Below are positions 56,296 through 64,000 of a DNA stretch of 64,000 nt, one piece after another (within the stretch, counting starts at the first letter, position 1; every line of letters starts with the position of its first letter). Under the pieces are notes generated by a model, which did no database searches, was not told the DNA's origin, and saw only the letters and a list, made by a program, of their open reading frames with translations. Source of the stretch: a virus (lineage: Duplodnaviria; Heunggongvirae; Uroviricota; Caudoviricetes); IMG/VR virus record IMGVR_UViG_3300027608_000011; one strand, given 5' to 3'. The translations under genes were made by a program, and so were the position numbers.

Positions 56296-59217
56296 ATGGC
56301 GTCAACAATTAGAATTAAACGTTCCAGTGTAAACGGTAATCCTACCTATCTGGCCGCGGGCGAATTAGCGTATTCGGCACAAGCAGGAACACAATCCAAT
56401 GGCGGCGACCGCTTGTACATTGGTATTGGTTCTGAATCGGGCACCTTGTCTGCAGGTACTGCTAATGCCGCAAACCACTACGTAGTTGGTGGTAAGTTTT
56501 TTACAGACATGTTGGATCATGTTGCAGGTACATTAACTGCTAGTTCTGCACTTATTGCTGATGCTAATAGTAAAATTGATATCATTAACGTTGGTAATAT
56601 TAGTATAACTGGTAGCTCAAACGTTATTAGTAGCACAGATACCAATGGTAATATTGTTCTTACACCTAACGGTTCAGGCTATGTATCAGTATCCGGAACA
56701 AACGGATTAATAATCCCGGTAGGCACTACAGGACAACGTGCGCCAGCAATACAAGGTGCAATCAGATATAACACAACTACTTCGCAGTTTGAAGGATATA
56801 GTGGAAGTAACTGGGCAAGCATGGGCGGTGTTAGAAGTGTAGACGGATTAACATATATTGCCGCAGAAGATACCCCAGGTGCAAGTGACGATATAATCCA
56901 TTTTTATGCTAGTAATAACAGTACAGCCATTGAAGTTGCTCAATTAAACACAACAAAATTAGCACTATTGCAAACAACTGCATCTAGTAGTTCAACTACA
57001 GGCGCATTAACAGTAGCTGGCGGAGTTGGTATTGCTGGCGATTTATATATTGGTGGCAACTTAGTATTAACTGGTACAGAAAATATATTTGATAATGTCA
57101 CATTACAAAAGAATACTACTATACTTGGTAGCGATACTGCGGCAACAGAATATTTCAAAGTTCAAAACGGATCCGGTGTTGACAAGTTTGTAATTGATAG
57201 CGCATCTGGTGATACTACAGTTGCTGGTAATTTAACAGTTAGTGGTAGCGTTGTATACGCCGCACTTTCTGCAACATCTATCACTGACTCAGGATTAACA
57301 TCAGGCAGAGTAACTTATGCATCCACTGGTGGCTTGTTAGCTGACAGTAACAACATGACATTTAATGGTACAACATTAACAGTCAATACTTTAGCAGTTA
57401 CTAACAATATTTCCAGCGTTGGTGGCACATTAAGTGTAACAGGCGATGCGGCACTGGCTGGTAATTTATCAGTAGCCGCTACAATCAATGCCAATGGCGG
57501 TACAATTGGTACTACTAGCAGTTCGTTTAACTTATTAAACTCTAGTGCTCTTACTGTTGGTGCATTTGCGGCCGCAACTAGTTTAACAATGGGTTACAGT
57601 GGAGTTTCCGCATCCACTACCAATCTTGCTACAGGTAATGTAGCATCGGCAACAACTAAAACTATTAATATTGGTACAGGCGGACAGTCTGGATCTATTA
57701 CTAACGTTAATATTGGTAGTGTAGGAGTAGCAACAGGTACAACTACAATCAATACAGCAGTAAGTATTGCACAAGCATTGTCAGTATCTGGACATACAAC
57801 TTTTGAAGGTGTAACTAGCACAGGTTCTACAGGTACAGGTAATTTAGTTTATAGTGTTGGCCCGACGTTTACTGGCACATTAAATGCCGCGGCAATTACT
57901 ACTACTGGTAACGTTATTGTTGGTGGAACATTAGCGGCCACAGGCGCTACAACATTAAGTTCTACTTTAGCAGTAACTGGTGATTTTTCTGTTGCAACTA
58001 ACAAGTTTACAGTAGCGGCCACAAGCGGCAATACAGCAGTAGCCGGCACGTTAGCAGTAACTGGTGCCGCAACGTTAACTGATACACTAGCAGTAAACAG
58101 TACTACTGATTCTACTACTACAACAACAGGTGCAGTAACAGTAGCTGGTGGTGTTGGTATTGCTAAGAAGTTGGTAGTAGGCGAAACAGCTTCTATTGCT
58201 GGCGACTTTGCAGTAGCTACTAACAAGTTCACAGTAGCGGCCGCTAGCGGCAATACAGCAGTAGCAGGCACTTTTGCAGTAACTAGCACATCCTCTTTCA
58301 ACGCTAACGTAGCATTAAACGGTTATGCAATTACTGGATTAGCTAATCCAACAAATGCACAAGACGCCGCCACAAAGGCTTATGTTGATGCCGCTAGAAA
58401 CGGTTTAGATATCAAGCAGTCAGTAAGAGCGGCTACAACAGCTAACATTACATTAACTAATACTCAAACAATTGACGGTGTTGCACTAGCAGATGGCGAC
58501 CGTGTATTGGTTAAAGAACAAACAACTGCAAGTCAGAATGGTATATATACGGTTGTAAGTGGTGCCGCATGGACACGCAGTGAAGATGCTAATAACATTG
58601 CAGATGCTGGCGGCACAACTGGTGAATTTACTGCTGGGTTGTTCTGCTTTGTTGAAGAAGGTACTGTTAACGGAGACTCTGGCTTTGTATGTACTAATGA
58701 TGGCGTAATTACATTAGGTTCAACAGCAATTACATTTGCACAGTTCAGTGGTGCAGGACAAGTAATTGCCGGCGTGGGTCTAACAAAGACTGGTAATCAG
58801 ATTGACGTTGGTGCAGGCAATGGTATTACTGTTAATGCCAATGACGTTGCTCTTGCAACAACAGTAGCTGGTAACGGTTTAACATATACTACTGGTGTAC
58901 TAGATGTTGTTGGTACAACTAATAGAATCAGTGTTAGCAGTGATAGCATTGATATTTCTTCAAGCTATGTTGGACAAGCAAGTATTGTCACAGTTGGTAC
59001 ATTAACAACTGGCGCTTTGGGTGTAGGATTTACCACAGTTAACGTAGCACAAGGTGGTACAGGCGTATCATCGTTCACTTCAAATGGAGTGGTATATGGA
59101 AATGGTACTGGTGCCCTGCAAGCAACCACAGTGGCAACCATTGAAGGAAGTTATTTGCGTCAAGATGCATCCGGAGCTCCATATTGGAGTGCTGAAGTAG
59201 ATGGCGGAACATACTAA
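56296..59217 (+). CDS. Fibre protein (tail or head fibre)
   Basis: IRIKRS...GELAY N-terminus; T/G/S-rich repeats; DAATKAYVD; GDRVLVK.Q...QNGIY. Confidence 0.8.
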   Translation: MASTIRIKRSSVNGNPTYLAAGELAYSAQAGTQSNGGDRLYIGIGSESGTLSAGTANAANHYVVGGKFFTDMLDHVAGTLTASSALIADANSKIDIINVGNISITGSSNVISSTDTNGNIVLTPNGSGYVSVSGTNGLIIPVGTTGQRAPAIQGAIRYNTTTSQFEGYSGSNWASMGGVRSVDGLTYIAAEDTPGASDDIIHFYASNNSTAIEVAQLNTTKLALLQTTASSSSTTGALTVAGGVGIAGDLYIGGNLVLTGTENIFDNVTLQKNTTILGSDTAATEYFKVQNGSGVDKFVIDSASGDTTVAGNLTVSGSVVYAALSATSITDSGLTSGRVTYASTGGLLADSNNMTFNGTTLTVNTLAVTNNISSVGGTLSVTGDAALAGNLSVAATINANGGTIGTTSSSFNLLNSSALTVGAFAAATSLTMGYSGVSASTTNLATGNVASATTKTINIGTGGQSGSITNVNIGSVGVATGTTTINTAVSIAQALSVSGHTTFEGVTSTGSTGTGNLVYSVGPTFTGTLNAAAITTTGNVIVGGTLAATGATTLSSTLAVTGDFSVATNKFTVAATSGNTAVAGTLAVTGAATLTDTLAVNSTTDSTTTTTGAVTVAGGVGIAKKLVVGETASIAGDFAVATNKFTVAAASGNTAVAGTFAVTSTSSFNANVALNGYAITGLANPTNAQDAATKAYVDAARNGLDIKQSVRAATTANITLTNTQTIDGVALADGDRVLVKEQTTASQNGIYTVVSGAAWTRSEDANNIADAGGTTGEFTAGLFCFVEEGTVNGDSGFVCTNDGVITLGSTAITFAQFSGAGQVIAGVGLTKTGNQIDVGAGNGITVNANDVALATTVAGNGLTYTTGVLDVVGTTNRISVSSDSIDISSSYVGQASIVTVGTLTTGALGVGFTTVNVAQGGTGVSSFTSNGVVYGNGTGALQATTVATIEGSYLRQDASGAPYWSAEVDGGTY

Positions 59218-59238
59218 ATAATACTGTATGTTATATAC

Positions 59239-59274
59239 CAAACAGGATAGTAACACACTATCCTGTTTGTTTTT
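59239..59274 (+). terminator. Terminator-like hairpin
   Basis: CAAACAGGATAGT-AACAC-ACTATCCTGTTTG followed by a T-run. Confidence 0.65.
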
Positions 59275-59300
59275 CTATATAGAAGAAGGTAGTAAGCCAT

Positions 59301-60575
59301 ATGAGCGCAAATATTAAATTAAAACGCAGTGCCCAACAAGGGAAAATTCCTGCAACAACAGACCTGGCATTAGGTGAACTAGCAGTCAACACATATGACG
59401 GCAAAGTTTATGTTAAAAAGAGTGTTAGTGGAACTGAAACAGTAGTTGAAGTAGGATCAACTGCAACAACTCCATATTCATTACCAGTTGCTACTACTAG
59501 TGTATTAGGTGGTGTCAAAGTTGACGGCACCACCATTCAAATTAACGGAAACGGAGTAATTTCTGCAGGAGACGCAAGTACAGAAGTTACAAAACTAATT
59601 GTCGATAGTGAAACGTTTGTAGGCGACGGCTCCACAGTGTCATTTGATATGGTAGTTACTCCCAAAGATATAAATCACGTGGAAGTATATATCGATGGCG
59701 TCTATCAGTTTATAGATACATATGAGCTGGGCCAAGGATCTAGTACAATGGATCAATTTACTGGCAATGGATCGATGGTATCTTTTAGTTTAAGTGAAAC
59801 ACCGCAGTCTATAGATCAAATACAAGTGTTTATATCTGGCGTGTATCAAAATGCTGGATCCTTTACATTATCAGGTAGTACTATTACATTCCCTACTGCC
59901 ATTCCAAATGGTTATGTGTTTGAAGTAAGAAACAATGTAACGGATACAACATTAATATTTTCAGAAGCTCCTCCAAACGGAGCAGTAATTGAAGTGGTTA
60001 CGTTAAATTCAAGCCTTAACTTTGGCCGCTACTCAATGACGACAGCAGTTTCAACAGATACACTTAGCATAGGTTATTATGTATCGACGTCAGACGTTTA
60101 TAAACTATATTGGTCAGGAGTATACCAAAATGATGATGCATATTCGATAACAGGTCAGGAAATTACTTTGTCAGAAACAGTTGACGCCGGCGAGGAATTT
60201 GAAATAATAATAATGTCAAATAGTCAATCTACTGGCGGGGCTGGTACTGCCAGCAGTACCGATTTCTGGACAGCGACGGCAACATCACAAGATATGTATA
60301 CTCCTGAGGTAGTTGATACATTTTTAAAAGCAGTTTATAGGACTGCAAAATATTTAATACAAGCAGAATCTAACGGCATATTTCAAGCGGCCGATGTGTT
60401 ACTAATACAAAACGGCACTTCAGTTGGCGTTGCAATTCAGACGGTTAACACGGGCTCTACTCTTATCAACATTGACGGGGTAATCAATGGTCCATATGTA
60501 GAATTAACAGTATTACCAACACAACAGACGTACCCAACAGTGATTACGCTTAAACGTTTAGACTTACCAGTGTGA
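59301..60575 (+). CDS. Virion fibre / decoration protein
   Basis: IKLKRS...LALGELAVNTYDGK N-terminus; repeated V.I.GVYQ domains. Confidence 0.75.
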   Translation: MSANIKLKRSAQQGKIPATTDLALGELAVNTYDGKVYVKKSVSGTETVVEVGSTATTPYSLPVATTSVLGGVKVDGTTIQINGNGVISAGDASTEVTKLIVDSETFVGDGSTVSFDMVVTPKDINHVEVYIDGVYQFIDTYELGQGSSTMDQFTGNGSMVSFSLSETPQSIDQIQVFISGVYQNAGSFTLSGSTITFPTAIPNGYVFEVRNNVTDTTLIFSEAPPNGAVIEVVTLNSSLNFGRYSMTTAVSTDTLSIGYYVSTSDVYKLYWSGVYQNDDAYSITGQEITLSETVDAGEEFEIIIMSNSQSTGGAGTASSTDFWTATATSQDMYTPEVVDTFLKAVYRTAKYLIQAESNGIFQAADVLLIQNGTSVGVAIQTVNTGSTLINIDGVINGPYVELTVLPTQQTYPTVITLKRLDLPV

Positions 60576-60681
60576 TACGTGCAAGTTTACTAGTATACGA
60601 TAAATACTTGAATAGGAATATTTGAATACCCTCTTTGAGTATTCTTTTATGTGATAAATATTCGAATAATAGGATCTTAAG

Positions 60682-63183
60682 ATGGCATTAACTAGAGTAA
60701 AAGCAAGTTTATTGAATGGTGTAATTACACCAAGTAGCGCCGGGTTTACAACCACAGTGGCACTGTCTGGCGGAACAACATCTGCTCCACCCTTACTGTT
60801 TTCTTCGGGTAGTAACTTAACTGTTCCTTACCAAGGATCCATGGAATTTGACGGTACTAATTTCTATCTTACACCAGCTTCTACTAGAAAAACCATTGCG
60901 TTTACTGATAGCACAATGACCGGCAATTCCGCAACAGCTACCAAATGGGCCACACAACGACAAATTACATTAACAGGCGATGCCAGCGGTAGCGTGTATA
61001 TTGACGGATCCGGTGATGTTAACTTAGCAGTAACCGTTAGTAGTAATTCTGTTGCTCTTGGCACAGATACAACTGGCGACTATGTTGCCAGTATCGCTAA
61101 TGGTGCATATATTACTGGAGGCGCCGCAGGTGCAGAAGGTTCAGTACTAACATTAGCAGTAGATGCCGCAAGTGCAAACACAGCAAGTAAAGTAGTTGCT
61201 CGAGATGCCAGCGGCGATTTTAGCGCAGGAACAATTACAGCGGCCTTAACAGGTAACGCAAGTACAGCAAGTACATTACAAACAGCCCGTAATATCAACG
61301 GAGCAAGTTTCAACGGTAGCGCAAATATTACTTTTGGTACAGATTCTGTAGCTGAAGGTAGCACCAATTTATATTATACTGTAGCCCGTATTAAGAGTTA
61401 TTTAGGCGACGGCGCCTTTGATGGTAACATTATTCCAGCAACTAATAATACATATAGTCTAGGATCTGCGGTAAAAACATGGAAAGACTTATACGTTGGA
61501 CCTGGATCGTTATATGTTAACGGTAAGAAAGTAGTTGAAGATATTTCTGGAACGATTACATTTAGTACAGATATAAACCAGAATTTATCAATTCAAACTA
61601 GCGGTAGCGGCGATATCCAATTAGATCCTGTAGGTACTGGAGTTATTGCAGTTAAAGGCCCGTTGCAAATTGAAGCAGGGATTAACCTTACTTCCAGCGA
61701 CGGCAATGCAATTGGCTTTTCAAATCAAATTGCAGTTGATTCAATAACTAGTAAAACAGCCAACACTGATATAACCATTGTTGCGGCTGGCACTGGTAAA
61801 GTTTATCTTAACGACGATGTAACAGTTGGAAATAACTTAATAGTATCAGGTAACTTAACAGTTAGTGGAACAACAACTACAGTTAACAGTGAAACAATTA
61901 GTTTAGCCGATAACATTCTTGATTTAAACAGTAACTTTACCACTGGCACACCAACAGAAAATTCGGGTATTCGTGTAATGCGTGGCGACGAGCCAGCAAC
62001 ACAAATTCGTTGGACTGAAGCAACCGATAACTGGAGTTATACCTCTGATGGCACCGTTTACTATACCATCGTCGGCGCAACTGATACGCAAACATTAACA
62101 AATAAAACCATTGCCGCAGGTAGTAACACTATCAGCGGTTTAACAAATAGCAACCTAAGCGGTTCAGCCGCAATTAGTAATGCTAATTTAGCAAATAGTG
62201 CAGTAACAGTAGGATCCACAAGCATATCATTGGGAGCAACGTCAACTACATTGGCTGGTTTAACTTCTGTCACATCAACAACATTTGTTGGTGCGTTAAC
62301 TGGCAATGCCAGTACAGCAACAGTATTAGCAACTTCTAGAACACTAGCAGTCGCAGGCGACTTGTCGGGATCTGCTGGATTCGATGGTTCAGCAAATGCA
62401 ACTATATCTGCTACATTGGCCAGTACTGGTGTAACAGCTGGCACTTATGGATCTGCTAGTACTCATCCTGTAATTATAGTAGATGCAAAAGGTAGAATAA
62501 CTTCGGCAACTAATACTACTATTGCAATTGCAAGTACACAAGTCACCGACTTTAATGAAGCAGTACAAGACTCAGCATCGTCAATGATAACAAATGGTGT
62601 TCATACTGGTATTACTGCTACGTATACAGACGCTAGTGATTATTTGTCATTGGCACTAACCAGTACAGGTGTAAGTGCAGGAACATATAATACTGTAACA
62701 GTTGATGTCAAAGGTCGAGTTAGTGCTGGATCTAACGCCGCATATTTAACAGGTAATCAATCAATCACAGTGTCAGGTGATGCCAGTGGTAGTGGAACAA
62801 CTAGCATTAGTTTAACATTGGCCAACACGGCAGTAACAGCTGGAACATATGGTTTTGCAAACACCAGCACAGGAACTGGTAACAGGAAAATTGGAACGGT
62901 TATTGTAGATAGCAAAGGTCGAGTGACAGGGATTACTGAAAAGACATGGGCACTAAGACATAGTGATGTTCTTACAGTCACTAACGCCGCAGTATTAACA
63001 TACACATTCTTATACAATACGGCGACAATGTCAGTAGATACAGATAATGTATCAATCTTCAACAACCGATTAAAAATGAGAGTAAGTGAGTATACAGTTA
63101 ATTCTGGCGGAACGATAACATTTGTCGCTGGCACGATAGATGTCTCTGACGAACTAGAAATAACTACAATTAACTATATTTAA
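60682..63183 (+). CDS. Fibre protein
   Basis: Repeated TAR.I...FDGS and TGVTAGTY...VDAKGR modules. Confidence 0.8.
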   Translation: MALTRVKASLLNGVITPSSAGFTTTVALSGGTTSAPPLLFSSGSNLTVPYQGSMEFDGTNFYLTPASTRKTIAFTDSTMTGNSATATKWATQRQITLTGDASGSVYIDGSGDVNLAVTVSSNSVALGTDTTGDYVASIANGAYITGGAAGAEGSVLTLAVDAASANTASKVVARDASGDFSAGTITAALTGNASTASTLQTARNINGASFNGSANITFGTDSVAEGSTNLYYTVARIKSYLGDGAFDGNIIPATNNTYSLGSAVKTWKDLYVGPGSLYVNGKKVVEDISGTITFSTDINQNLSIQTSGSGDIQLDPVGTGVIAVKGPLQIEAGINLTSSDGNAIGFSNQIAVDSITSKTANTDITIVAAGTGKVYLNDDVTVGNNLIVSGNLTVSGTTTTVNSETISLADNILDLNSNFTTGTPTENSGIRVMRGDEPATQIRWTEATDNWSYTSDGTVYYTIVGATDTQTLTNKTIAAGSNTISGLTNSNLSGSAAISNANLANSAVTVGSTSISLGATSTTLAGLTSVTSTTFVGALTGNASTATVLATSRTLAVAGDLSGSAGFDGSANATISATLASTGVTAGTYGSASTHPVIIVDAKGRITSATNTTIAIASTQVTDFNEAVQDSASSMITNGVHTGITATYTDASDYLSLALTSTGVSAGTYNTVTVDVKGRVSAGSNAAYLTGNQSITVSGDASGSGTTSISLTLANTAVTAGTYGFANTSTGTGNRKIGTVIVDSKGRVTGITEKTWALRHSDVLTVTNAAVLTYTFLYNTATMSVDTDNVSIFNNRLKMRVSEYTVNSGGTITFVAGTIDVSDELEITTINYI

Positions 63184-63195
63184 ACAGGATTAAAA

Positions 63196-64000
63196 ATGTC
63201 AAGAAAATACGATTTGAGAGCAAGCGGTAGTACACAAAGTATTGCCAGTGGAACAAATAATTTTAAATTAAATAAAACCACCGGAGCATATGACACATAT
63301 ACCAGTGACGCAGGCATAACTTCCAGCGACATTGTTTTTATTGGTAAAAAGTCAAATATCAGTGACCGTCTTGATGCTGTGGAAAAAAACATCAGTGTGC
63401 TGGCCGCCCAAGCATTTATCAGCGATTCAGTTGATACAGATTCAGGATCTAGCATTATTGCTAGTAAACTTAAAACAGCTAGAACAATTAGTTTAACCGG
63501 TGATGTAACTGGTAGTGTAAGTTTTGACGGTTCGGCCAGCGTTTCGATATCCACAACATCTGCTTCTAACAGTATTGCTCTTGGCGCCGATACAACCGGC
63601 AATTATGTTGCAAGTTTGGTAGCCGGTACTGGCATAACATTGGCAAATAACACAGGTGAAACGGCAACTCCAACAGTTACAGTAGATACATCAGTAATAG
63701 CACAAAAAGCAGATACAACATATATTGGTACAACCAGCGTGGCATTGAATAGGTCAAGTGCCAATTTAGCATTAACTGGTATTTCCAGCGTTGCGTTACC
63801 AGGTGCAACGTCAGGCACTATTACATTAACGCCAACCGCAGTGGCTGGCACAAGCACATTAACATTGCCAGGCTCAACTGATACATTGGTTGGCCGTGCA
63901 ACTACTGACACATTAACAAATAAAACCATTGCCGCAGGTAGTAACACTATCAGCGGATTAACAAATACTAACCTAAGCGGTAATGCTAGTATTACTAACG
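63196..64000 (+). CDS. Fibre protein, truncated by the window end (MSRKYDLRASG...)
   Basis: AGGA RBS; open frame to the end; KTARTISLTGDVTGSVSFDGS module shared with the previous gene. Confidence 0.8.
   Translation, partial: MSRKYDLRASGSTQSIASGTNNFKLNKTTGAYDTYTSDAGITSSDIVFIGKKSNISDRLDAVEKNISVLAAQAFISDSVDTDSGSSIIASKLKTARTISLTGDVTGSVSFDGSASVSISTTSASNSIALGADTTGNYVASLVAGTGITLANNTGETATPTVTVDTSVIAQKADTTYIGTTSVALNRSSANLALTGISSVALPGATSGTITLTPTAVAGTSTLTLPGSTDTLVGRATTDTLTNKTIAAGSNTISGLTNTNLSGNASITN

Noticed and set aside
56296-64000. Diversity-generating retroelement or invertible fibre locus
   Set aside because: No reverse transcriptase or invertase in the window; the repeats are direct, short, and both copies lie inside coding regions
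1-64000. Alternative genetic code, tRNA genes or inteins
   Set aside because: Genes are intact under the standard code with all three stops used; no cloverleaf or intein motifs noticed by eye

Overview
This 64-kb window is a segment of a large, AT-rich T4-like myophage genome using the standard genetic code. The minus strand from 1 to 23.4 kb carries gp25, gp6, a giant 3208-aa wedge-like protein, fibre-like proteins and a block of glycosyltransferase-like genes. An island at 23.4-30.8 kb holds near-consensus sigma70 promoters, small early-type ORFs and an ATP-dependent DNA ligase, plus an opposing HNH / 2OG-oxygenase / QueC-like operon. Next come baseplate hub and spike genes (gp5-like with lysozyme), a gp55-like sigma factor, gp47/gp46, and an accessory enzyme cluster (GNAT, PhyH, papain-like peptidase, two PP-loop ATPases). 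These are followed by a GIY-YIG gene, a gp26/gp51-like pair, a tape-measure-like gene, the head module (gp20, 21, 22, 23) and tail-fibre genes. The strongest unexplained signal is a ~460-nt, densely base-paired non-coding element directly after the GIY-YIG gene, with plus-strand G-U wobbles and a pseudoknot. It is a candidate large ncRNA, possibly partnered with the nuclease. Other notable points are a probable -1 frameshift in the gp26-like gene, two PTM-like enzyme clusters, a GGY-repeat protein next to glycosyltransferases, leaderless transcripts, promoter-flanked cassettes, and an early ORF lacking GG on its sense strand. All family assignments come from motif recognition by eye; no searches were run.
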